Virus record (IMG/VR): IMGVR_UViG_3300017971_001822
Location: 1-55,926 of that record
Length of the DNA stretch: 55,926 nt
DNA from: a virus
Lineage: Duplodnaviria; Caudoviricetes
Strand: one strand, 5' to 3'
The stretch's first letter is position 1, and each line of letters begins with the position of its first letter. The translations under genes and the position numbers were made by a program. Positions 28,885 to 37,394 of this stretch are shown here, one piece after another. Below the pieces are notes generated by a model that saw only the letters and a list, made by a program, of their open reading frames with translations, was not told the DNA's origin and did not search any database.

Positions 28885-29700
28885 TCAAACTTTTTTGTAT
28901 TCGCTATCGACCGCCTCGGTTTTGTCGTCTAACGTGTAGACTTCCATCCCATGTGCCAGTAGAGGAAATTCCGCCCTGACGATATCGAAAATCTTGACAG
29001 CCAATTTTCGTATCTCTAGGTCAGCAGCAGGGTTAGCTCGCAACTCGACGAGGTGACGGAAGCTCCTGCCATTCATTGTAACAAATATCTTTGTTTCAGT
29101 AGCGTTCGGCAGGACTGATCTAGCCGCTTGGCGAGCCTTTTTCCGTCGTTCAAGCTTGTTGTCAATATCCGAGTACATTTCGGACAAGACGGTTGTCAGG
29201 GTAGAGTATAATTTTCTAGACTGCTCGCAATGATCAGTCCACATCTGATATACATCTGGAGATATTTCTTCGAGTTCTTGAATTGCTGGCGGGACGACGA
29301 ATGTGGTATCGCTTTCATCGACGTATCGTTGAGATAGTTGACTATATGACATACCGATTCTGTGTCTGACGAGTTCGTGAGTCAGGCTCCTGCTGACGTT
29401 CCATACCATGAAATTGAAATTGGAATGTTCGATGCACGCTCCGTGGGCAACTTCGATTAGATGTTTGATATGATCATCATGTGTCCTGCCCTTCTTCCCG
29501 TAGCTCATGTAGCACAATCTTGCAGCCGCTTCAATAATCCACTCGGCATCTCTATCTCCAAGATCCATATTCGAGTTAAGTTTTTCTTGGAACTCTGGCC
29601 ATTCGAGTCCATGACATTCGAGGAATTGCATGATTCCTTGGATGTCCACGACTGGACGACCGACAAGGCACACAGATGGTTCATTAACGAAGGCATCCAT
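28885..29700 (-). CDS. thyX: FAD-dependent thymidylate synthase
   Basis: AARLCY.S, H...EH, SRSLTHELVRHR..SYSQLSQRYV, ARSVLPNATET, ELR...A..EIR. Confidence 0.95.
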   Translation of the reverse strand: MDAFVNEPSVCLVGRPVVDIQGIMQFLECHGLEWPEFQEKLNSNMDLGDRDAEWIIEAAARLCYMSYGKKGRTHDDHIKHLIEVAHGACIEHSNFNFMVWNVSRSLTHELVRHRIGMSYSQLSQRYVDESDTTFVVPPAIQELEEISPDVYQMWTDHCEQSRKLYSTLTTVLSEMYSDIDNKLERRKKARQAARSVLPNATETKIFVTMNGRSFRHLVELRANPAADLEIRKLAVKIFDIVRAEFPLLAHGMEVYTLDDKTEAVDSEYKKV

Positions 29701-29709
29701 CAGTCTCTC

Positions 29710-31146
29710 CTACTTAAGTTTGTATTCTAGCTTCACGCCACCGAACTCGGCGGGGGCGATTTTCGCTAGCTGATCAACAACACGCTGTCGCAACACTACG
29801 GCAGCGTCGACGACTCTTACAATCTCGCTATCTTCAATTGTATCTATCGTCCTATGAGGATAGATTAGTTTTATAAGCCCAGACGCAATTCTCGTCACCG
29901 CAGTCATATTCCTTTGAGTCATTTCCCCAAAGTCCACTCGGTCGACTACGATATGGGTATAGTTTCTGTCTCGCATTTTGTGCATTATTTCGGACAGATA
30001 GTCTGCCATAAATCCAAAGCCAGTGGCGAAGTTGGCCTCGGCGATCTGGGGGATTCTCCATCCGGGGATATACCCATGAATCCTATCCAGAAACGCTCGG
30101 TCGTTTCTTACCAACTGAGGCAAGGTACTGAATAGGTGTTTGTGCCACCCCTTAACTTCTTTGGTACTTCTGTCACAATCGATATTACCAGCGAAGACTA
30201 CAGAACAATCTGATGCGAATTCTGCTGTATCCCTGCCAAATCTACCAGTGTTCATGAAGTCTTTCAACATGCTGACCATCTCGTCGTCACCATTCCAGTT
30301 GGCGTGCGAAATCTCATCGAACATGACACAGTCTTTGTAGCCAACGACACCAAGCTTCCGCCTGAGCTTATTATAGAATAGCGATGCAATCGTAGTCTTC
30401 GAGCCTGAGACTACAAACCCGTAGCTGCTCAATGATCTATAGTTGAATGTTTTACCAGTTTCTGGCGGGCCAAGCTCGACCAGATTGACGTTGCTCTCGA
30501 CGAAAGGGAGTAGCCTCATGAAATACAACATCTTTTCTTCTTCGGACAGCTTGTCAGGATTGAATCCGACGCTCGATATCATCAGATCAGTCCACTCGTC
30601 GTCTGTGAAATGTGTTCTACTGGCTATCCACTCGTCCAAATCGATTCTGGTAATTTGGAACGGCATGAAGTCTATGACTACAAATGGATAGAGCTTGCTT
30701 CTAATTTTGAAATCCTCGTCGAACGCGACCGTGATTGTTCCCCACGCTCCGGTCGTTAGCAACGCATCGCCATACTCGGCTATGATATGAGGATCGATTC
30801 TAACGAATTGGTCGCCAAGAGCGTCAATGTCACACCAGTATTCATCTTTAGACTGGTCATATCGGCAGATGATGTTCCCAATAAGCGGATGTTGGCCGTT
30901 TTCTTTGATGCAACTCTTGATCCATTCTTTCTGCTCGGATGTCACGAAATGATCCCGCATTAGGAGACTAATCCTTTCGAGACCCGGCCCCGGATCGTCT
31001 GGATCGACTATCGTTGAGATAAGATAATCTACGACAAACTTTGGCAACTTTCGGAACTGGTCGGACATGCTAGACAAACTCTTGTCCACGATGATCCCTT
31101 GACCATAAATACTGGACACTTTGTCGCTTAATTCGGTCTTAACCAC
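29710..31146 (-). CDS. brxL: BrxL-like AAA+ ATPase without the C-terminal Lon protease domain
   Basis: LPKFVVDYL, RLLPFVE.N.NLVELGP.ETGKT, SG..TT.A.LFYN, FDEI, LKDFM.TG.FGR, AFLDRIHGYIPGW, DYLSE; about 478 aa from GTG 31146 with GGAGG RBS. Confidence 0.82.
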   Translation of the reverse strand: MVKTELSDKVSSIYGQGIIVDKSLSSMSDQFRKLPKFVVDYLISTIVDPDDPGPGLERISLLMRDHFVTSEQKEWIKSCIKENGQHPLIGNIICRYDQSKDEYWCDIDALGDQFVRIDPHIIAEYGDALLTTGAWGTITVAFDEDFKIRSKLYPFVVIDFMPFQITRIDLDEWIASRTHFTDDEWTDLMISSVGFNPDKLSEEEKMLYFMRLLPFVESNVNLVELGPPETGKTFNYRSLSSYGFVVSGSKTTIASLFYNKLRRKLGVVGYKDCVMFDEISHANWNGDDEMVSMLKDFMNTGRFGRDTAEFASDCSVVFAGNIDCDRSTKEVKGWHKHLFSTLPQLVRNDRAFLDRIHGYIPGWRIPQIAEANFATGFGFMADYLSEIMHKMRDRNYTHIVVDRVDFGEMTQRNMTAVTRIASGLIKLIYPHRTIDTIEDSEIVRVVDAAVVLRQRVVDQLAKIAPAEFGGVKLEYKLK

Positions 31147-31148
31147 GA

Positions 31149-31394
31149 CTATCCTCCAACAAACCAAAGAGCGTTAGTTCTTACGACAGAACCTTCCTGC
31201 TCTACCTCTTCGCTGGTCTGGCATTCTTGCGTCTGTGCCGGTGGTTCAAACAAACATTCTACATGCACGTCTCCATGCAGGTCGGAATTGGTGTAATCGA
31301 CATGCTCACTTGATGGGTCAATGACCCTCGCGGAGACTAATCTGATTACATGCTCGCCCGATTTGAATCTTGAATCACACAGGATACATTTCAT
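31149..31394 (-). CDS. Small Zn-finger-like hypothetical protein
   Basis: CILC...HVEC pattern. Confidence 0.55.
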   Translation of the reverse strand: MKCILCDSRFKSGEHVIRLVSARVIDPSSEHVDYTNSDLHGDVHVECLFEPPAQTQECQTSEEVEQEGSVVRTNALWFVGG

Positions 31395-31693
31395 TGGAAT
31401 CCCTCTATTATTGTCATTACTAGCTGATTATTCAAACTTGTACTAGTAATGATTTCATCCAACTAGCTGACTAGTTCTTTTAGCCCATGTTACTCGTGCT
31501 AGACAAAGGGAATAGATTATACTATCTTAGATCTTAATCGAAGTAGCCACTCTTCTAGTACAAGGTTCGTTAGCTAGTATCTTGCTAACCCTAGTTTCTT
31601 CACTAGTATCTATACTATATACTAGTCTAGTTTTCAAGGATTTGTTCCAACTTTCTTTTAGGTTTTTGTAGATCATGTTATTCTGATTCAAGC
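31395..31693. other. AT-rich non-coding region with 11 CTAG sites; candidate replication origin or regulatory hub
   Basis: Largest gene-free gap in the window; CTAG at 31420, 31443, 31463, 31471, 31499, 31555, 31574, 31591, 31603, 31622, 31627. Confidence 0.5.
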
Positions 31694-31861
31694 TTACTTC
31701 TTTACCCTCGGATCTTTACATCCAAGAATCGCCCCGGCAATTCTTTTTGCCGCACTCTGGATCAGTTGTTTTGTTATCGGACCATGAGCGTTGATGGTCG
31801 TCTTCAAGTTCCCGACTATGATCTTATGAATTTTTACATAGTCATCCTTTTTTGACTTCAC
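31694..31861 (-). CDS. Small hypothetical protein (55 aa, not in ORF track)
   Basis: AAGGAG RBS, GTG start; MKSKKDDYVKIHKIIVGNLKTTINAHGPITKQLIQSAAKRIAGAILGCKDPRVKK. Confidence 0.6.
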   Translation of the reverse strand: MKSKKDDYVKIHKIIVGNLKTTINAHGPITKQLIQSAAKRIAGAILGCKDPRVKK

Positions 31862-34064
31862 ACTTCTTCTCCTTTAAAAGATTGTTCTTTGGTTTAATCA
31901 AATCCATGACATATTTGTCTATCGCCTTCTCTTTCTTGTCAAGACATGCGAACATGATTTTGGGATGGGATATATTATATTTCTTTACTCTGTAAGCAAA
32001 CTCCTTTCTATCTTTAGCTAGCTTGTGTGGGCCGTTGAGGATTGTAGCAAAGTCGTCCATAATCGTCCACCTGACTTGGTCGTAAGCCACTTCTAGGGAA
32101 TCCTTTATCTGTTCGTATTCTTTTCTATAGTCTTCATCGATCAGTGAATCATAATCGTCGGAGACTATGCCATTGACCATCGCTCGCCATACAGACAACG
32201 GGGTCAAGTTGGCGAGCAATCTTGCTCGACGGAAATAGTCTTCTGATTTCATTTTGACTCTTGTCCCGTCTGCGAACTTGACTACGACGCCTTCGCAAAC
32301 CCTGCCGTCAGCAGCACTTATGAAGGTTTTGATGTCGTTGATATCTTGGAAATTTAGGATGTTCGGAGTTCTAAATCCGAATTGTTTTGCCCATCTGTCG
32401 ACTTGGTCCCAAGTGATTTCCTCGCCAGTGTTGCGGTCGAACGCACCTAACAAGACAAGATCTTCGTAATCGTAGTTGACTATAATCTTGGTCGTCCTAG
32501 AGACGATTTCGAATACAAGGGTTATTCTGTCTGGCAACCCAGTAAGGTCATAGTTTTTTTGCAAGTGATTGGTTGCCCAGACCGCACCTTCGCTGTGAAA
32601 CGATCCGCGAGTTGCAATCTTGTGTTGTCCGTCGTGACGATATAACGTACCCATCCATCCGTCGAGCTTGTCGAAAATTGTTTGGTGTAGTTTCCACGGG
32701 AGTTTCTTCTCTTGGGTATCTGGTGTTTCGTCCAGATTGAAGAACTTCTTGAACGGCTGTGCTACGATTTCGCCAGTATCGATGTCAAGGATGATGCCAC
32801 GACTGTTGAGAGTGATGTCGTTCCAATTTCGGGAGTGTACGCAGGCATCCGTGTATGTGTAGACCCTTAGATTGTCAAGGTTGTCACATCTCAGTAATCC
32901 TTGAGAGACTAACTCATCTCTAGCCTTAACCATCTCCGGAGTTCCTCTGTTAACATTCGTTAGTCCCGGCACCTCAACCACCTCTGTCTTTCCGTTTTCT
33001 ATAATCAAAGCTCTTAGCACGCCACCGTGACATGCTGCTCCGTCCAAGCAAAACGTGTTTTCGTTCGGCTGAATCTCATCGTGGACTATGTGCCCGCAGA
33101 TTATGTTGTATGATCCATCTAGGAAATCATACCATATTCCGTCTGTGATGTCAAAGTAATCTCTGCTATTGATTCCACGAATATACAAGCAGGTTTCGAC
33201 AGTCTGTTTATCGATTGGGTCTCTTGAGTCAATGCCAGCATGGACGACATACGTCGGCTTGCCGTTAACGTCAGGGACTCTGATCATATGCGGAAGCGAC
33301 GATAACCAGACGGCAACCTCTTGTGGATCAACATTCTGGAGTTGCCGGATAGTTGCATCCAACCCATTGGTCATTTTGACTTTGTTGCCGATACACTGTC
33401 GTTTCAGCTTGTTGTCGTGATTTCCTTCGACAGAATGGACATCTTGAGAAGTCATGGCCCACAATAAGACTTCACGAGATTTCGGACCACGATCTATTAT
33501 ATCCCCAGTAAGAATAATTTTGTCGTCGATACCGAGGTCGCATTTGTCCAACAATTCTCCAAGTTGGTCATAGCATCCATGAACGTCCCCAATTACGATG
33601 CATCTATTTGCATCGCTTAGATCGAGCATCTTGGCATATCTGGGCTTGCCGATTATCTCTATCTCGTCATACTCCCATCTCTGCGGTTTGACGAACAGTT
33701 CCTCAAACGTCCTGATTACTCTCGTGGCAAGTTCGTCGTCGTCTGGGCCAAGGGTTGGATGTTCATTTCTATTTTTAACCCGCTCAAAGCATGTGTGGTA
33801 GTCAATGTCGAACCACACAAACTTGATTTGGTATCCGTATTCCCTCGCTGCTTTGACGTACCTCTGCCGCTGCTCGACGTTGAAGTTCACTCTATCGATG
33901 ACCATAGACTTGCCATCGATCAACCCGCCGCCAAACTCAAGCTTATGCCCATCACGCCCTTGGTCGTCCTGCGAAATTCGCTTATAGTCAGTGAGCGTAG
34001 TTGTGGCGTAATAGGTTTTGCCAGAGCCGGGCAATCCTATTAGGACGACTAGTTTTGGTTTCAT
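31842..34064 (-). CDS. Trifunctional RNA repair enzyme: polynucleotide kinase + metallophosphoesterase + T4 Rnl1-like RNA ligase
   Basis: GLPGSGKT P-loop; GDVHG, GDIIDRG, GNHD, HAG, CGH phosphoesterase; RG, PFKKFFN, KLDG, ATRGSF, FEI, EGVVV, KMKS ligase motifs. Confidence 0.88.
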   Translation of the reverse strand: MKPKLVVLIGLPGSGKTYYATTTLTDYKRISQDDQGRDGHKLEFGGGLIDGKSMVIDRVNFNVEQRQRYVKAAREYGYQIKFVWFDIDYHTCFERVKNRNEHPTLGPDDDELATRVIRTFEELFVKPQRWEYDEIEIIGKPRYAKMLDLSDANRCIVIGDVHGCYDQLGELLDKCDLGIDDKIILTGDIIDRGPKSREVLLWAMTSQDVHSVEGNHDNKLKRQCIGNKVKMTNGLDATIRQLQNVDPQEVAVWLSSLPHMIRVPDVNGKPTYVVHAGIDSRDPIDKQTVETCLYIRGINSRDYFDITDGIWYDFLDGSYNIICGHIVHDEIQPNENTFCLDGAACHGGVLRALIIENGKTEVVEVPGLTNVNRGTPEMVKARDELVSQGLLRCDNLDNLRVYTYTDACVHSRNWNDITLNSRGIILDIDTGEIVAQPFKKFFNLDETPDTQEKKLPWKLHQTIFDKLDGWMGTLYRHDGQHKIATRGSFHSEGAVWATNHLQKNYDLTGLPDRITLVFEIVSRTTKIIVNYDYEDLVLLGAFDRNTGEEITWDQVDRWAKQFGFRTPNILNFQDINDIKTFISAADGRVCEGVVVKFADGTRVKMKSEDYFRRARLLANLTPLSVWRAMVNGIVSDDYDSLIDEDYRKEYEQIKDSLEVAYDQVRWTIMDDFATILNGPHKLAKDRKEFAYRVKKYNISHPKIMFACLDKKEKAIDKYVMDLIKPKNNLLKEKKCEVKKG

Positions 34065-34279
34065 TACAATCTCTCCATTCCGAACCATCTCATAGTTTGT
34101 TCACCGAACTTGGGCACTTCGATATCTAAGCTTCTCAGTCGTTCTTTCGTATCACGAATTTCTTCCCGAAGCTCGACCACAGTCATATCCTCAAAACTGA
34201 CGGCCTCTCTCTCCAGACAGGCATATAATTCTGCGAGATATGCCATAAGCTGTTTCTTATTCATCAATTGGCTCCTCAA
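34064..34279 (-). CDS. Hypothetical protein
   Basis: Short ORF tiling on the minus strand. Confidence 0.5.
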   Translation of the reverse strand: MRSQLMNKKQLMAYLAELYACLEREAVSFEDMTVVELREEIRDTKERLRSLDIEVPKFGEQTMRWFGMERL

Positions 34280-34445
34280 GCTTCATGGCCCAACTTACTT
34301 CGTCTGGCCTATGGTTCGCGCCCCAGTTCGACGCTTGTTCTTGGGTCGGGAAAGTTCCTATCGCATCTTCTGGGGTGATCTTGTCCATACCGCATATTAT
34401 CAAGATCCATTGTTCCACGTTTTGTCTCCTTAGTAGCGGTAGCAT
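34257..34445 (-). CDS. Hypothetical protein
   Basis: Short ORF tiling on the minus strand; true start probably internal (GTG after AGGAG). Confidence 0.45.
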   Translation of the reverse strand: MLPLLRRQNVEQWILIICGMDKITPEDAIGTFPTQEQASNWGANHRPDEVSWAMKLEEPIDE

Positions 34446-34861
34446 TTTTCCCAGACATATTCTGGTTCCAGACTTGTACCAGCGCAGGCTCCTTGGATTA
34501 TATGGAAGATTGCATCTCTACCTTCTGAGTCGGCTGCTCCGACATGAGACCATTTTGACTGGACTTTGACTATGTCGCCTATAACTTCTCTCGCTTTCTT
34601 GAGAGATTCTTCTCTGATGGCGGTGACTAGTTTCACGCCCACGCTATTCAATTCCTGAATGGCTTTTTTCGTGTCTTCCATGTCGCTGAAGCAGTACCAA
34701 GTTTCTGGCATCAAGTCTTCGGGGCTTGATTTAGCCATTTTCGACTCTCTTACCCATTGGGCTTCTTGTTGTGCTCGTCTGGTGACTTCTATAATGCGAT
34801 TGAATTGGTAGTCTTCAAATTCGCCATTCTTTATGGCATCACAGATTTGCTTGATGTTCAT
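34430..34861 (-). CDS. Hypothetical protein
   Basis: 143-aa ORF with AAGGAG RBS. Confidence 0.6.
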   Translation of the reverse strand: MNIKQICDAIKNGEFEDYQFNRIIEVTRRAQQEAQWVRESKMAKSSPEDLMPETWYCFSDMEDTKKAIQELNSVGVKLVTAIREESLKKAREVIGDIVKVQSKWSHVGAADSEGRDAIFHIIQGACAGTSLEPEYVWEKCYRY

Positions 34862-34870
34862 AAAATCTCC

Positions 34871-35059
34871 TTAAGGTTTGAACGTGACCCCAAGCGTTGG
34901 GTGTCTCTTGACATCTTCGATGATCTTCGCTACCAGCCAATGTTCGTACTTATCCAGAGCATCTTTTGAAACTCTGGTAATTTTCATATGTGGTCTGAGT
35001 GACTCCATTTTCTTCAAGATGAACTTCTTTGTTGCTGCTCTGTTTAGGATGTTGTGCAT
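34871..35059 (-). CDS. Small basic protein with histone-fold-like pattern
   Basis: helix - TRVSKDA - long helix - GVTF, echoing the archaeal histone L1 (RVSxDA) and L2 (GRKTI) motifs. Confidence 0.5.
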   Translation of the reverse strand: MHNILNRAATKKFILKKMESLRPHMKITRVSKDALDKYEHWLVAKIIEDVKRHPTLGVTFKP

Positions 35060-35394
35060 TTTGTTCTCCGCATTTCTAAGGCTATGAATGATTGTAGCTG
35101 TTGCTTGCTATCAAATTTGATACAGAACCTGACAGGACAGAAATCTGTATAGAATTCTATTTCTACCCTAGCGTAATCCTTTAGGGACTTCAGGATCATC
35201 GATAGATATTCTGTGTCTTCGCAACAAAAGACGACATATGGCTTGTTCTCCACATCGTCTCCCGGCACGCCTTCGCACGACCATTGTGTTGTTACTCCGG
35301 GGAAGTCATTAAGCCATTGCACTACTGGTAGAATGTAGTCATCGACTTTCGCGGTTTTAACAGCCACATGGGTAGTTGTATGTTCTTCTTCCAT
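35044..35394 (-). CDS. Hypothetical protein with GxxTxxSCEG motif
   Basis: WLN..GVTTQWSCEG...PYV.F; RBS present. Confidence 0.55.
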   Translation of the reverse strand: MEEEHTTTHVAVKTAKVDDYILPVVQWLNDFPGVTTQWSCEGVPGDDVENKPYVVFCCEDTEYLSMILKSLKDYARVEIEFYTDFCPVRFCIKFDSKQQLQSFIALEMRRTKCTTS

Positions 35395-35398
35395 TTTT

Positions 35399-36403
35399 CT
35401 ACTCCTTATGTGGGTGACTTTCCTTTATAGACAGCGGAGTTACTAATATATGCTCAACATTTCTAAGCTCTTGGATGTCCCTAGCACCCCCCATTGCCAG
35501 ACCGGATCGTATTCCGTTGGCGTATTCTCTCACGACTTCGTCCGTGGATCCTTTGTAATCCATTGGGATCTCGATTCCTTCCGGGGCGATATCCATTCTG
35601 CCAGATGCGGATCTGCTGGACATTCCTCGGTAGACTTTGTGTCCATCAATGTCTGGTGTGTGGCTTGTCCCTGCAAGCATCCATCCGATCATGCAGGCTT
35701 TTGCCCCTCCCCAGAGAGCTTTGACCATATCTCCGCTGGTTCTCAAGCCGCCGTCTGCTACGATAGCGACGTTGTAGTCTCTGGTCGCATGTGCGCATTC
35801 CATGATTGCCGACAATTGTGGCATACCGAATCCGGTTGTGGTTCTGGTTGTGCAGACAGCACCGGGGCCGATTCCGACTTTGACCGTGTTTACTCCCTCG
35901 GATGCGAACCTCTGTGCCGCTTCTGGGATACAGACATTGCCAGCCATCAACACGAAAGAATATTTTCCCCTCAGTTTATCAAGCTCTCTGAGGGATTTGT
36001 ACATCTTCGTGTGATCGCCATGGGCTATGTCTACGCAGATCAAGTTACATCCTACGTCTAGCAACTTGCTGGCGGTACGATATACATCTTTTTTCACGCC
36101 GACAGCACAGCCGACATTTTGTGCTCCATTATCTCTAGCCCATCCAATCTCTGCGCATTGCCGGTAAAGCTCTTGATCCTCTGGCAGATTGATGTATCTG
36201 GACAGGACTCCTACGCCACCAGCGTCATCCATTGCGACAAGCATCTCTTTCCCTGTGATCGAATCCATCGGGGATGAGATGATCGGCACGCTCAGTTTCA
36301 TAATTCCGCCTAGCAGGATAGAGATGTCTGGTTTCGTGCGAGACTCAAGTGTTGAGTGTTTGGGTAAAAGTAATATGTCATCAAAACATAGCTTTGGGGT
36401 CAT
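35399..36403 (-). CDS. IMP dehydrogenase / GMP reductase family protein, no CBS domains
   Basis: FDDILLLP, SSPMDSIT, VDIAHG, AGNV, KVGIGPGAVCTTR (catalytic Cys), ADGG, YRGMSS, PEG. Confidence 0.9.
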   Translation of the reverse strand: MTPKLCFDDILLLPKHSTLESRTKPDISILLGGIMKLSVPIISSPMDSITGKEMLVAMDDAGGVGVLSRYINLPEDQELYRQCAEIGWARDNGAQNVGCAVGVKKDVYRTASKLLDVGCNLICVDIAHGDHTKMYKSLRELDKLRGKYSFVLMAGNVCIPEAAQRFASEGVNTVKVGIGPGAVCTTRTTTGFGMPQLSAIMECAHATRDYNVAIVADGGLRTSGDMVKALWGGAKACMIGWMLAGTSHTPDIDGHKVYRGMSSRSASGRMDIAPEGIEIPMDYKGSTDEVVREYANGIRSGLAMGGARDIQELRNVEHILVTPLSIKESHPHKE

Positions 36404-36449
36404 ACATAACTCCTTGGGTCAAGGGGGTTGACAGTCGAAGAGCGCAAAG

Positions 36450-36782
36450 TCAATCGTCCATATCCTCTTGCTCATGTCCGCAAGAAGGACAGTAGTCGCC
36501 AATCATGCGATCATACTCATATCCGCAATGTTCGCATTCGTAAGTTTCTATAGTGGCAATGTCATCATCATCTTCGCCATTAAATTCTTTGAGTTCGTCC
36601 GCTAGTTCATCTTTGTAATATATCGGATCACCACCCAAAAATTCGTTGGCGTTTTCTGCGATATTCAGCATGGCTTGATACTCATGTTCAGTCCAATTTT
36701 CTGCCAGACCCTCTGTGAGCCTGAACAAGTCTAGACACAGACACTTTAGGTCGTCAACCAACTTCTCTTTAGTCATCTGCAA
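36450..36782 (-). CDS. Acidic hypothetical protein with C-terminal zinc ribbon
   Basis: CEHC...CPSC. Confidence 0.55.
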   Translation of the reverse strand: MQMTKEKLVDDLKCLCLDLFRLTEGLAENWTEHEYQAMLNIAENANEFLGGDPIYYKDELADELKEFNGEDDDDIATIETYECEHCGYEYDRMIGDYCPSCGHEQEDMDD

Positions 36783-36970
36783 GTCCTCTCTCTATTGTTG
36801 TTAGTAACTCGCTGACGATACTCAGGTTTGTGCTGAACCGACGTTCTCTCGCCAAGGGCGCGCTCGATTTCTTGGATATTCTTATCGCACTCAGGGCCAG
36901 AGAAGCCCTTTCCCTCGACTGAGCAGTCGCCGTTTTCGTCGATTTCGATTACAATTTCTTTGCTAGGCAT
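36773..36970 (-). CDS. DUF2997-family protein
   Basis: I.I.IDENG...V...GF.G..C.....IE.ALG......KPEY pattern; AGGAGG RBS. Confidence 0.75.
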   Translation of the reverse strand: MPSKEIVIEIDENGDCSVEGKGFSGPECDKNIQEIERALGERTSVQHKPEYRQRVTNNNRERTCR

Positions 36971-36979
36971 GACTGCCTC

Positions 36980-37135
36980 CTACAGAATGGTGTCGCTAAT
37001 ATAGTTCATCATATCTCCGACAGTTACTCCAAGACTGGTGATCACCGTGAAACAAGCGAACACAATAACAGCCAACAGAATACCGTATTCGGTTGCTGTT
37101 GGCCCAGACTCATCTTTAAGAAATCTCTTCAACAT
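36980..37135 (-). CDS. flp: Flp/Fap type IVb pilin (51 aa, not in ORF track)
   Basis: Manual translation MLKRFLKDESGPTATEYGILLAVIVFACFTVITSLGVTVGDMMNYISDTIL: short leader, G|xxxxEY prepilin site, hydrophobic helix; GGAG RBS. Confidence 0.85.
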   Translation of the reverse strand: MLKRFLKDESGPTATEYGILLAVIVFACFTVITSLGVTVGDMMNYISDTIL

Positions 37136-37136
37136 T

Positions 37137-37394
37137 TCAACTCTCCAAATAAAGTGAGCCGCCCGGACTGAAGTTTGCTATCTCCCATTCGATAGCGTCG
37201 GTGCGACTCTTGTTTGTGTGAACTATTTTTCCAGTGATCGCATCAATCACTTCCCATTCCTGTCTTGCTTCGCTGAACTCGACATTGGACGCTCGCCGCA
37301 CATCTGCGACGTGTCCAATCTCGTACAGATCTACTTCGTCGGTATAGAGCGTTCGGACATTTCCATTTTCGTCGATTTCGATTGTGGGTATCAT
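37137..37394 (-). CDS. Hypothetical protein (RASxVE motif) of the AAA/DUF1257 module
   Basis: I.I..NG.VR.LY...VDL..IG....RRASNVE...W...R.DAI.WE. Confidence 0.6.
   Translation of the reverse strand: MIPTIEIDENGNVRTLYTDEVDLYEIGHVADVRRASNVEFSEARQEWEVIDAITGKIVHTNKSRTDAIEWEIANFSPGGSLYLES

Noticed and set aside
29710-31146. A functional BREX defence island
   Set aside because: None of brxA, brxB, brxC, pglX or pglZ is present; neighbours are thyX and small ORFs.
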